Made by a program: the position numbers and the translations under genes. A stretch of DNA of 63,063 bases, counting the filler, from Nemertoderma westbladi (Eukaryota > Animalia > Xenacoelomorpha): NCBI GenBank assembly GCA_032718475.1. It is 4 parts of 4 records of this genome, joined end to end, with 100 filler letters (N's around TTAATTAATTAA, not from the genome) between each part and the next. Parts side by side here need not be neighbours in the genome. Positions count along the whole stretch, not along the records: positions 42,904 to 59,750 come from JAUCBJ010004067.1; positions 59,851 to 63,063 come from JAUCBJ010004189.1; 2 more parts are not named here. One strand, given 5' to 3'. Shown here piece after piece: positions 51,281 to 63,063 of this stretch. Every line of letters starts with the position of its first letter. Within the stretch, counting starts at the first letter, position 1. The notes under the pieces were generated by a model. That model searched no databases and was not told the DNA's origin. It saw nothing but the letters and a program-made list of their open reading frames with translations.

Positions 51281-52341
51281 GTTCCGTGGCTGTAATAAGT
51301 TCCAGGTCGCTGCCCATAGAATTATTACTATTGGTACATTATACTATTTATATCACAAAACTGTTAGTAAACTGTCAGTTTTTCTTAAAGTTCAGCATAA
51401 AGTGCGTATATATGCGTTACACACGGGACATACATCGTTACAAATAAGACAGTCGTTTCTCGTCTATATCGTTTTAATTTCTTTGATTCGAGTTCGACCA
51501 TATTGATATTCGAACTCCTCTCAGAAAGTACATTTGAATGTCTTTTATCATTTTATTTATAATATTAGATAATTATTACTCTACCTTTTCCAAATTGGCT
51601 TGAACTCAAGCTTATCAAACTAATTTGACATAAAATAATATTTTGTTCCAGTATATATTCATGGTTTTGGTTCAACGATAATTCCTGATTCACCGATGAG
51701 TGATTGTGATGACCACAGCGACTCAACGCCCCGACATATCATCTGCCATACCAAGACAAACCACGTCGTTGATAGCTGATAGTCAGTATTACTTGGCGAC
51801 GTTAGTTAATGTTAGTAAGTTTATTTACAATTATTCGTTATTCTTTACTATTATTTGAAGCTTTTACTGATGCATGCGTCTTCTTAGATAGACATTGACA
51901 ACACAAATTATTTATTTGTTGAAAGTCACTTTTTTGTAACTCGTTACCGGTAACAAATTGTCAAGAAAATAACAACACCATTTGTATCATTAAAACAAGT
52001 ACTGTTCGAATTACATTTCAAAGTAATTTTAATGAAATTAATAGTAATACTACATTAAAATACAACGCTGATGGCAGGTTATTTAATATTGTATAATATT
52101 ATAATAGGGCCTCCATTCCCTGCCTATTTTACTATTTCACTTTATAGTTATTTTACAAAATGAAGAGGATCATTGGAAGATATTTATGTTTTTTTTAATA
52201 GACTTTTAACAGATCGGACGGCATAAGTGGTGGCAATGTAATAAGTAGCTTTTTTGCCACGCCACCTATTATTCGAAAATGGAAGTGTTATGTAACTCTG
52301 CTTGGTAATTTACAAATAGGAGGAATAAGATGTATGCGCGG

Positions 52342-53320
52342 TAGAGGAACAAGGTTTGTGTGATAGAGGAACAAGGTATGTGTGATAGAGGAACAAGGTA
52401 TGTGTGATAGAGGAACAAGGTATGTGTGATAGAGGAACAAGGTATGTGTGATAGAGGAACAAGGTATGTGTGATAGAGGAACAATGTATGTGTGATAGAG
52501 GAACAAGGTATGTGTGATAGAGGAACAAGGTTTGTGTGAAAGAGGAACAAGGTATGTGTGATAGAGGAACAAGGTATGTGTGATAGAGGAACAAGGTATG
52601 TGTGATAGAGGAACAAGGTATGTGTGATAGAGGAACAAGGTATGTGTGATAGAGGAACAAGGTTTGTGTGATAGATGAACAAGGTATGTGTGATAGAGGA
52701 ACAAGGTATGTGTGATAGAGGAACAAGGTATGTGTGATAGAGGAACAAGGTATGTGTGATAGAGGAACAAGGTATGTGTGATAGATGAAGATGGTATGTG
52801 TGATAGATGAACAAGGTATGTGTGATAGAGGAACAAGGTATGTGTGATAGAGGAACAAGGTATGTGTGATAGAGGAACAAGGTTTGTGTGATAGAGGAAC
52901 AAGGTATGTGTGATAGAGGAACAATGTATGTGTGATAGAGGAACAAGGTATGTGTGATAGAGGAACAAGGTTTGTGTGAAAGAGGAACAAGGTATGTGTG
53001 ATAGAGGAACAAGGTATGTGTGATAGATGAACAAGGTATGTGTGATAGAGGAACAAGGTATGTGTGATAGAGGAACAAGGTATGTGTGATAGAGGAACAA
53101 GGTATGTGTGATAGAGGAACAAGGTTTGTGTGATAGATGAACAAGGTATGTGTGATGGAGGAACAAGGTATGTGTGATAGAGGAACAAGGTATGTGTGAT
53201 AGAGGAACAAGGTATGTGTGATAGAGGAACAAGGTATGTGTGATAGAGGAACAAGGTATGTGTGATAGAGGAACAAGGTATGTGTGATAGAGGAACAAGG
53301 TTTGTGTGATAGAGGTACAA
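52342..53320. repeat. 22-bp minisatellite (TGTGTGATAGAGGAACAAGGTA)n, about 44 copies
   Basis: Direct reading; variant pattern repeats at 440-bp spacing. Confidence 0.96.
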
Positions 53321-54507
53321 GATATGCGTGACAGATGAAATTTAATTCCATAACATTTCGGATAAAATGCAATTTTTGTTGTTATATTTTATGTTGGGAA
53401 TGAAAAAGATATAGATTATGACCTATTCCTGCACCTAGCTTTGTTTGGTTAATGTCTAAGTACTTAAGGTATAAGATGATACATCCCCTGCCGTTACAAC
53501 TAGCGTCGAGTGAATTTAAATTTTAGGAACGAATTGTTATAATTTCCTATATAAACAAACCCACTTGGTCGGTTTTCTGTGTCGATATCCAAATTAGTTC
53601 CCCAATGAATTTATTTATTTTCGATGATTGCTTAGTTACCCAAATTCTTAACTGCATCTTCGAGGATTCGGAATTTAACCGCGCAGATGTCAGCTTCTTG
53701 ATTATTGATCGCGTTTCGCGTTGAATAAATAACTTTACATTTAATTGCTATTATTAATAATTCATCAATTGAAATTCGTTCCATTTTGTAAAGCAAATAT
53801 TTAAACAGTTAATTTTCGTGAAAGTTGTTTTAGTAAATTATTTCTGTCTCATTTCTGTTCTAACTATCATCCTTCCAGCTACAACGATTAATTCAGAAAG
53901 TAAAAAATTAATTCCGGAAATTTTTGACCAAACTTGACATTGGGTTTATTTTTTCTTCCAAAATCATAAACAGGTTCAGGTAAATAATACAATAGGTTTC
54001 AATTAATAGCGAACTCTATTAGAACTAGATTACGACTAGAACCATTATTCGAAAATTGAGTTATTTATTTAAAAAATACAAAATCATTTACATAAAATTT
54101 ATCATTTAGTAAATAGTTTGCTTAGTTTTAAGATCGATCCGATAAAAAAAATAAGTTGTCATTTGGAAAGTTATTTACTGATTAGGGTAATATGATTGGT
54201 CTGTTTCTGCCTACCGAACCCCTGGCAGATGGCCTATTTTATATGGCATACATTTGGTTTTTAAAGTCCGCTACATTAAATCACGCGCACAAACATTTAT
54301 TTCACCTGCAAAAGGGCGCGGATTTATTATTTACGGGGTGTAATAATTAACAAATTGATTAATTTCTCCTCCTATTTTAGGGGATGAAGTTAATGGACAC
54401 ATTGGGATTGGGATTGGCTGATATAGGGGAGAGTTTAAATACACAATTATGCTGTAATAAATCCGCTCGCTAATGATTGGTTGATTTAGGGGAGAGTTTA
54501 AATACAC

Positions 54508-54754
54508 AATTATGGTGTATTAAATCCTCGCGCTTGTGATTGGCTGAAATAATATCCACCCCAAGCGATTGGATAATTTATCGAAATATAGAGGCCTATT
54601 AGAGAATGGCGTACTGTACAATACTGGTACTGTTAGTTGTACAGTCTGTCATTTTCAAATAGGCCTCCAATTATATTTCGATAAGTTATCCAATCGCTTG
54701 GGGTGGATATTATTCCAGCCAATCATTAGCGCGTGGATTTAATACACCATAATT
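54508..54754. repeat. ~250-bp hairpin with repeated ATTGG/CCAAT motifs (probable MITE)
   Basis: AATTATGGTGTATTAAATCC..AATAATATCCACCCCAAGCGATTGGATAA mirrored by TTATCCAATCGCTTGGGGTGGATATTATT..GGATTTAATACACCATAATT; tandem sub-repeat at about 54410-54530. Confidence 0.8.
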
Positions 54755-56088
54755 TATAATCCATACTCTGGTTCACAGTGAACATTTTGAAAAGTAACGC
54801 TGCACTTCCGATCAACAAACATTTAGTATACGGGATATAAAGTAAATCACATGTATTTCTATACAAAACTTAAGTAGCGCAACCTTATAACGGGCCCAGT
54901 ACCCCTGTTTTTAATTTCAGTTTTTCGGTTAAATTCGCTAATATAGACTAAAACTTATTTTATTCACGAATTGAAACATTTCTTCCCTCGGGCAGTTTCA
55001 AAAATGTAGACGAGAGATCCCGCCGTCTTTAGTTCCTGTGCCGTTGTTCTGTTTGTGCGTCTTAAGATCACGCGGATCTTTAGTTCCCAGGGGTGTTTAG
55101 TTACCGTAACCATTGTGGAGGCCTAATTTTAATTATACATAAACATAATGTTATCAACATAGATGCTGTACATTTTAATAAAAACTATTTTGAAGAGGAA
55201 AGTTCCTTAAAATTCAATTCGATTTTTTGTTAGTGATCATGAGCTTTTTTTATTTCCATACAAATATTAATATGCAGTTTGCAGTATGCAGTACACAGTA
55301 CTGGATGTACAACTTCAACTTAGGAGATGAAAACATAATGCAATTTTATCGTCTCTTTATCCGTCTTTCTGCCCACAAGCAAGCGTCTCACTGGCCCAAT
55401 AACAAAAACTGAAAAAGTTACAAATTCCGAACTAATAAATTTCCCAAATTCCACGCAATTCTCAAAATGAAATAAAATTTACTGGTAATGTACCGAAGGG
55501 AAGTTTGTGTGGTTTTTAAAGATTATTTATTAAACCTTCGCGAACCCGAAGTAAAACACACAAATCTTACTGACTTAGAAAAGAAAAACAAGTCAAGGAG
55601 GCAATTTCATAAATATGTATACATTTCTATTGCAGCTACACTGTTGTGCAGTGCAGAAATTCTAGAGCCCAGAGGGAGAAGGGTGGGGGGGGGGGGGGGG
55701 GGAGTGTGTGCTTTATATATATATAACATATAGAATGAAACTTCTCGACCACTCCTAGAAAATATATCAAGCATGAGTAATCCTCAATTGAAATGTAACA
55801 AACAAATAAGGCACTTCCTGTAAGGAATAATACATATGGGCGTACACTGGATCGCGTACTGTAAGAAAATGTCTTGCTGCCAGTGAAAAATGGGTAGAAC
55901 CAGTACATATTTAATATATTGTAATAATATAATACAGTTAATTTGATATTTATATATTTGTCAATAAAATAATAGCCACTTCATACAGATAAGTAAAAAA
56001 ATGTTTCAAATTTGAATAACAAATTTAATTAATTAAAGTTTTTCCAATATGATTTAATACTTTTGTTTAACGCCCACACAAATTATTT

Positions 56089-57183
56089 ATGGCTCGACAC
56101 TCTAGGATCGCATATATTCTCGTATTCGTAGCAACAGTGGTTGTTCCTTTGATTATGTTTCGTCACCTCAGTTTATATACAGAACCATTGCGGCACATTA
56201 AACAAATGAAATTCAACAACGTTATTTCCCCTTGGCAATCGGTATTAACTCATCCAAATACCTCATCTCTAGTTGAAGATGTAAATTCAGAACGACAGAC
56301 TCATATGATTAAATATTGTTCCAAAATTAACGAATCAATATATATGGACAACGCGTTGCCGCAGCCACCAAGTCGAATGACTGTGCATGCCGTCGGTAAG
56401 ATATTGTTCTGTGGCGTTCCCAAGGTGGCAGTAACGACGTGGCACTCTATCTTTCGTTCAATAGAACCCAATATCACAAATACGAGTTTCCGAAACAACC
56501 CAAATCTTTTTAGATTCGTAAAGTTGAACTCATTCGGACCAGAAGAGAAATTGCGGATAATTAATGATTCCTTCAAATTCTTTTTTGTTCGCAACCCCTT
56601 TGAAAGACTCTTGAGCGCTTATCTCGATAAGTTCCAGGGATTAAATGGGGCGGTATACGGCGGCTTAGCCCCTCTTCTACTACCAGATATCAACGTCACA
56701 GAGAAAATCGAGGATTTTTGCGGTAGAAAACCGCATCAATTCGGATGTAAAAGTGGTAAAGTATTGGAGAATCGTTGGTTTAAACGAAGTTTGGCCCAAC
56801 TTGTTACGTTCCCGGCGTTTGTTAGGTTGTTCACTTCGGATCTCGATTCCCTAGTTCCCACTTTGCGGCAACTCAGGACGAAAGATCCACATTGGCGTCC
56901 GATTTCCGAGCTGTGCCATCCGTGTCATATGCCATACGATTTTGTCGGACACTACGAAACTATGTCGGAGGATATGGCGTACATCTTCCGTAAGACTGCT
57001 CTTCCGGTTGAGCTTAGCGGAGTATCCGTTTCATCACGGACTGTCTCCCACACCTCCTCTCACATGTTCAACTACTATAGCCAACTTACTCTCAGTGAGA
57101 TAATCCAATTATTCGAACTCTATCGCCATGACTTCCTATTATTCGGATATTCTTTTAATTCAACTATTCGAAGTTTGTTGTAG
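56089..57183 (+). CDS. Golgi carbohydrate sulfotransferase, HNK-1/CHST8-14 family, 364 aa
   Basis: N-terminal type II membrane anchor; 5'-PSB CGVPKVAVTTW; 3'-PB FVRNPFERLLSAYLDKF; HWRP..LCHPC..YDFVGHYETM; C-terminal LYRHDFLLFGY. Confidence 0.92.
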   Translation: MARHSRIAYILVFVATVVVPLIMFRHLSLYTEPLRHIKQMKFNNVISPWQSVLTHPNTSSLVEDVNSERQTHMIKYCSKINESIYMDNALPQPPSRMTVHAVGKILFCGVPKVAVTTWHSIFRSIEPNITNTSFRNNPNLFRFVKLNSFGPEEKLRIINDSFKFFFVRNPFERLLSAYLDKFQGLNGAVYGGLAPLLLPDINVTEKIEDFCGRKPHQFGCKSGKVLENRWFKRSLAQLVTFPAFVRLFTSDLDSLVPTLRQLRTKDPHWRPISELCHPCHMPYDFVGHYETMSEDMAYIFRKTALPVELSGVSVSSRTVSHTSSHMFNYYSQLTLSEIIQLFELYRHDFLLFGYSFNSTIRSLL

Positions 57184-57568
57184 TTGTAGTACAGGATCCG
57201 AAAAAATCATTTTTCTATAATGCCTGTCGGAGTCTTTTTTGACTGTTTCGACTTTTTGTCGAATGTCTTTTTTTATATAGTGTCTGTCTGCATTTCTGGG
57301 TCTGTTACATTATGTTGAGTCTGTATAATTATATTGCTGTATGGTTATCTTTCGGAATCTATTTATCTGCTGTTGTTATTTATATTGCATATTTTATAAA
57401 TGTGTGAAGAGTTATTCATTTCACCTAACCCACAGTTTAATATTTATACAACCCATTATTTCGACCGGCGCGGTGGTGTCGTTTTTTACTATTACACACC
57501 CACACCCACGCGTGCTGTTACACTGTGTTACTACTGTTACATTTACTGTTTCGGTTAGAAAATAATAT

Positions 57569-58066
57569 TACCCCTACCCTACCCTACCTTACCCTACCCT
57601 ACCCTACCCTACCCTACCCTACCCTACCCTACCCTACCCTACCCTACCCTACCCTACCCTACCCTACCCTACCCTACCCTACCCTACCCTACCCTACCCT
57701 ACCCTACCCTACCCGACCCTACCCTACCCTACCCTACCCTACCCTACCCTACCCTACCCTACCCTACCCTACCCTACCCTACCCTACCATACCCTACCCT
57801 ACCCTACCCTACCCTACCCTACACTACCCCACCCTACCCTACCCTACCCTACCCTACCCTACCCTACCCTACCCTACCCTACCCTACCCTACCCTACCCT
57901 ACCCTACCCTACCCTACCCTACCCTACCCTACCCTACCCAACCCTACCCTACCCTCTCCTACCCGACTCTACACTACCCTACCCTAGCCTACCCTACTCT
58001 ACCCTACCCTACCCTACCCTACACTACCCTACCCTACCCTACCCTACCCAACCCTACCCTACCCTA
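57569..58066. repeat. (CCCTA)n / (TAGGG)n pentamer array, about 100 units
   Basis: Direct reading. Confidence 0.97.
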
Positions 58067-58332
58067 ACTCCTAACCCTAACCCTAACCCTAACCCTAACC
58101 CTAACCCTAACCCTAACCCTAACCCTAACCCTAACCCTAACCCTAACCCTAACCCTAACCCTAACCCTAACCCTAACCCTAACCCTAACCCTAACCCTAA
58201 CCCTACCCTAACCCTAACCCTAACCCTAACCCTAACCCTAACTCCTAACCACTAACCCTAACCCTAACCCTAACCCTAACCCTAACCCTAACCCTAACCC
58301 TAACCCTAACCCTAACCCTATCCCTAACCCTA
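58062..58332. repeat. Interstitial telomeric array (CCCTAA)n / (TTAGGG)n, about 45 units
   Basis: Direct reading; a few variant units (CTCCTAA, CCACTAA, CCCTAT). Confidence 0.97.
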
Positions 58333-58350
58333 TCCTTCCTACGGATAGGG

Positions 58351-59602
58351 GTGGACCAGGGAGGTTACTCACGTGGACCAGGGAGAACTCTCAGGTCCAC
58401 CACGTGAGTAACCTCCCTGAACCACAGGAGTAACCTCCCTGGTCCACGTTAGTAACCTCCCTGGTCCACGTGAGTAACCTCCCAGGGCCACCACGTGAGT
58501 AACCTCCCTGAACCACAGGAGTAACCTCCCAGGTCCACGTGAGTAACCTCCCATGTCCACCACGTCAGTAACCTCCCTGGACCACAGGAGTAACCTCCCA
58601 GGTCCACGTGAGTAACATCCCTGGTACACGTGAGTAACCTCCCAGATCCACAACGTGAGTAACCTCCCTGGACCACAAGAGTAACCTCCCTGGTCCACGT
58701 GAGTAACCTTCCTGGACCACAGGAGTAACCTCCCTGGTCCACGTGAGTAACCTCCCAGGTCCACCACGTGGGTAACCTCCCTGGTCCACGTGAGTAACCT
58801 TCCTGGACCACATGAGTAACCTCCCTGGTCCACGTGAGTAACCTCCCAGGTCCACGTTAGTAACCTCCCTGGTCCACGTGAGTAACCTCTCTGGTACACG
58901 TGAGTAACCTCCCTGGTCCACGTCAGTAACCTCCCATGTCCACCACGTGAGTAACCTCCCAGGTCCACGTGAATAACCTCCCTGGTCCACGTGAGTAACC
59001 TCCCAGGTCCACCACGTGAGTAACCTCCCTGGTCCACGTGAGTAACCTTCCTGGACCACATGAGTAACCTCCCTGGTCCACGTGAGTAACCTCCCAGGTC
59101 CACGTTAGTAACCTCCCTGGTCCACGTTAGTAACCTCCCTGGTCCACGTTAGTAACCTCCCTGGTCCACGTGAGTAACCTCCCTGAACCACAGGAGTAAC
59201 CTCCCAGGTCCACGTGAGTAACCTCCCTGGTCCACGTCAGTAACCTCCCATGTCCACCACGTGAGTAACCTCCCAGGTCCACGTGAATAACCTCCCTGGT
59301 CCACGTGAGTAACCTCCCAGGTCCACCACGTGAGTAACCTCCCTGGTCCACGTGAGTAACCTCCCAGGTCCACGTTAGTAACCTCCCTGGTCCACGTTAG
59401 TAACCTCCCAGGTCCACGTTAGTAACCTCCCTGGTCCACGTTAGTAACCTCCCTGGTCCACGTTAGTAACCTCCCTGGTCCACGTGAGTAACCTCCCTGA
59501 ACCACAGGAGTAACCTCCCAGGTCCACGTGAGTAACCTCCCTGGTCCACGTGAGTAACCTTCCTGGACCACAGGAGTAACCTCCCTAGTACACGTTAGTA
59601 AC
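58351..59602. repeat. 22-bp telomere-adjacent satellite (GTCCACGTGAGTAACCTCCCTG)n with length variants
   Basis: Direct reading; the first ~35 bp are in inverted orientation. Confidence 0.95.
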
Positions 59603-59750
59603 GGTAGTAATCGTTATTGCGAGAAAACTTATTTGTTGAAATATTTGGGTTTTGTTTCCACTATAGAGGCGGAGCCGTGAAGGCCTAGCATGCGTTTAAT
59701 GATGGTGGCCACTATAGAGGCGGAGCCGTGAAGGCCTAGCATGCGTTTAA

Positions 59751-59850
59751 NNNNNNNNNNNNNNNNNNNNNNNNNNNNNNNNNNNNNNNNNNNNTTAATT
59801 AATTAANNNNNNNNNNNNNNNNNNNNNNNNNNNNNNNNNNNNNNNNNNNN
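59751..59850. other. Scaffold gap with artificial linker
   Basis: N run with TTAATTAATTAA. Confidence 0.98.
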
Positions 59851-59965
59851 CAGGATTTGGAAGTCGCCGAGAATTAATCGGAAACTTAAGGTCCGATTAT
59901 TTAGAGCAGCAGTAGTTCCAGTACTGCAATGCAGCATGCCGATCCTAGTAGTAGTAGTAGTAGTG
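59851..59965 (+). mobile_element. RTE LINE copy 6, internally deleted 3' end
   Basis: RIWKSPRINRKLKVRLFRAAVVPV coding sequence joined directly to CTGCAATGCAGCATGCCGATCC(TAG)n. Confidence 0.88.
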
Positions 59966-61938
59966 GTTAGATGGCCCCGACTTCCTAAGTAAAGAAGAGG
60001 AGGAATCATCTCACCATGGCAGAGATCAGACAAGCCAAGGGAGCGGAAAAGGTCAAACCAAAAACCCGGACGAGTAAATGAAAGCTGTTTAAGTCAGCGA
60101 TAGATCTGTCTGTGCTACACACCGCCGGTGATGCCACTGTGGATCCTAATCAACCAAAATCCATAGACGTTACTCGAAACCCGAATAAATCCGTCATAGA
60201 AATAAGGGAAAGAGATTGGAAATCTGGATCACCAGACGTCTCAAAAGGACTCTCTCCTATCATCCAGAGAGTGATGGCTCATTATAGCTCCTGGAATCGG
60301 CTTTGCAAAGCCATTGTGTATTTAAAGCGATGTTTCCATCATCACTATTCTAGGACGAAGATCGCTAATGACGCCACTTCGGAAGTAGCCGAAAGGGTCC
60401 ATGCTACCAAAGATCTTCCCACTTATCGGCTACCTAATAAGTTTCGAACTGAGAAGATCAGTTACCAAGAACATGATGATACCAACAAGCAGATACTAAG
60501 ACTCCTGCAATGTTACGAGAATTCCGAAAAGTATTTCCTGTTGTTGAGAAATCCACAGATGCGCTTAAGGGATACTTTTTCTATGCACAATGATAGATGG
60601 GCTAATACATGTCGATGGGAGATTAACCAATGCTCCATTGTCTTTTGACAATAAGTTTCCCATACTAATATGAAATCTTGAAATACATATCAAGATGATT
60701 GTAGATGTTTACAGTAATATTTACTACGCTGGTAGAGTACGAGTTCTTAGCGAAATTCGAACTCGCTATTATTTTTATAAACCCCGTAGAGCTCTAAACC
60801 AAGTTCTTAGGAACTGTATACCATGTAGGAAAGCATTCAGTAGGCCTTTAACACAGCGAGAGGCAGAATTACCTAGGGAACGAGTAAGCTGTTATGAACC
60901 ACCCTTTACTAATACTGGTGTGGATTTATTTGGCCCTATTGAAGTATATAGTGCTAGGACTATAGTCAAGCGATGGTGCGTCATCTTTGTCTGTATGACT
61001 TGTAGAGCGATCCATCTTGATATGGTGAACGATCTATCTACCAGCAGCTTCATACTGAGTTTACGCCGACCAATCGCTCGTTTTGGGACTAGCAACACTA
61101 TGAGATCTGACAAAGGTACTATTTTCATTGGCGCCAACAACGAGATTAAAGCTTACGTAAACGATTGGAACCAAAGACAGGTGGATGATCAGCTGAGAGT
61201 AACAGCATCCAGTTGGACCTTCAACGCCGCCGATGCCCCTTGGTGGGGAGGAAGTTGGGAGAGACTCATACGTAGCGTGAAGACCGCATTTCACTTTGTA
61301 GTGCCATGCCGCGCGTATCTCACCGACGAACTTTTGCGGATGTTAATTGAGGAAATAGCTGCTATCTCAACGAGAGACCGCTTATGCCAGTCTCATCGAG
61401 TCCAGACTCCCTAGAAGCATTAACACCCGCGCATTTCCTACTAAAGAAACCTGTAGCCATGCTCCCGCAGTCGGAAATAACGGACGGAGACGAATACTGC
61501 CGACAAACTTGGCAACTTATGCAGTTATTATCCCGTCGTTTCGCTGACCATTTCGAAAAATATTATCTTCCTACACTCCGACTTTGAACAAAGTGGTATG
61601 CGCAGCAAGAAAATGTCAGCGACGGAGACATGGTCCTCATTGTGGAATCAGATATTCCCCGTAAGAGGTGGCAGACAGGCCGTATCATCGAGAAACATAT
61701 ATCCGAGGATGGTTTAGTGAGATCGGTGGAACTCGTAGTCATGCGACGTAACTACAAGAAACCTGGTATCGTTTTTGAAACTCAACAACTTAATCGCACG
61801 GTTGGTCGCTTATGTTTATTGGAAAGAGAACGAGAGTTGTCCGGCAACTACGGAAAACAAGAGACTCTTCCTACGACCACCTCCCTAATCCAACAAACAT
61901 CTAGGGACTCCCCAACGTAACAGCGTTTGGAGTGAGGG
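59966..61938 (+). mobile_element. BEL/Pao LTR retrotransposon pol remnant (integrase region), pseudogenised
   Basis: YSSWNRL, C..C, LPRERV..PPFTNTGVDLFGP, IFVCMTCRAIHLDMVNDLST, RSDKGT, WTFN..APWWGGSWERLIRSVK, LTPAHFL, YLPTL, W..GRI..DGLVRSV; stops and frameshifts; purine tract GGAGTGAGGG at 61929-61938 followed by TGT (probable 3' LTR start at 61939, end not defined). Confidence 0.9.
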
Positions 61939-62537
61939 TGTGACTCTATTATTTTATTTTATATTTTGTACGCATTATTATGTAATTTATATTATTGTGA
62001 TCGTTTTATTTAATTTTATTAAGTAGAATAATATTTTAGACGATTATTCAGTAGATTAGTGCAATATATTTCATATTTTATTACTTAATTACTTAGTATA
62101 ATATATTTCTTTATCGGCGAGAAATAAGAGACACTGTCGGCACAACGTAACGGAGACACTGTCGGCAATGCGTTTACACCCTTCATTATATTAAATAATG
62201 TACACTTAATTTATTTTAGGATAGATCTTTTTACAGAACACAAGCGAACACAGTAGAACACACCCAAACACACTCCAAAAACTGCCGATCACAATCAAAC
62301 ACAGTTGAAAATAGAGAGAGCACAAAAAAATAACACTGGGTACCAACTTTTAGATAAAATTAGCCACGCGTTGCTATTCTATAAGAAAATTCCCGAAATT
62401 ATTGAATAAAATTGTCGCGAAATTAAATATTCATTTCTTATCAGATCAGGCCTAGCCTAAGCCGACAACTACAGTAATAATTTAATATAGTAGTAGGCCT
62501 AAGTTAACGGTTAGCACCGGGACAGAGATTCCTACCT

Positions 62538-63063
62538 GAATACGTAAGGGAAAGGCATGGGCAGCCTTGAATAGGCTTTCCAGGATTTGGAAGTCATCGA
62601 GAATTAATCGGAAACTTAAGGTCCGGTTATTTAGAGCAGCAGTAGTTCCAGTACTCCTCTATGGGAGTCCATGCTGGGCTCTAACTGCTGAGGACACCAA
62701 ATCTCTGGACGGCACATTCACAAGAATGCTACGCCGGGTTCATTGTGTCAAGTTCAATGCACACATCTCCAACCAGACACTATATAATATTGTACAGTAG
62801 GTGTCTCATTGGTTCCCCCAAGCTTGACACTAGAACAAAATCGCCTCCGCTTTGCAGGACATTGCTTTCGCCGTGAGGTCCAGCCAGTGCATAATCTTGT
62901 ACTTTGGCAGCCTCATGGAGTGAATAAGCATGGTGGACAGCCCATGACTTTCTTGAGACGCATCTTAAAGGACACTGGCCTTAAAGATGCGGATGATCTA
63001 GCAAATGTCATGGGTGATAGGGAGTTGTGGCGGTGCAATTTTGTCGATGAGCCGGCACAGCAT
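62538..63063 (+). mobile_element. RTE LINE copy 7, 5'-truncated, runs off the window end
   Basis: Near-identical to 36298-36817 apart from a 5-bp insertion at about 62795 that breaks the frame. Confidence 0.93.

Noticed and set aside
52269-53372. Three overlapping 336-367 aa ORFs
   Set aside because: All three frames translate the same 22-bp repeat.
57525-59373. (YPTLP)n ORF and satellite ORFs
   Set aside because: Translations of telomere-like and satellite repeats.
59658-59750. Tandem duplication CCACTATAGAGGCGGAGCCGTGAAGGCCTAGCATGCGTTTAA
   Set aside because: Two copies abutting a gap; may be a contig-end artefact or the start of an unseen array.

Overview
AT-rich, repeat-dense animal genomic DNA (TTAGGG telomeric repeats, metazoan-type genes; species not identifiable from the window), with three artificial 100-bp scaffold gaps. 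Four intact genes all have uninterrupted coding regions: an Asteroid/ASTE1 nuclease, a 1211-aa type I membrane protein (Ig, LamG and a ZPBP/Sp38-like module), dihydropyrimidine dehydrogenase (DPYD) and an HNK-1-family carbohydrate sulfotransferase. There is also a candidate signal-peptide exon near 27.8 kb. The remainder is mobile DNA: about seven copies of one RTE LINE with (TAG)n tails, two other APE-RT LINEs, two CRE-like fragments, a BEL/Pao remnant, several MITE/foldback elements, a four-level nested transposon stack (28.7-37.8 kb), four minisatellites and an interstitial (CCCTA)n-(CCCTAA)n-satellite block. The most original signal is a set of TA-duplicating micro-insertions (TACAGTA/TACTGTA, TAGGCCTA; probably also TACCGGTA, TACATGTA). 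Four of them can be shown to be insertions by comparing repeat copies inside this window, and they cluster upstream of ASTE1, consistent with accumulated DNA-transposon excision footprints. Family assignments are from motif recognition by eye; no database search was run, and repeat boundaries are approximate unless a TSD is quoted.
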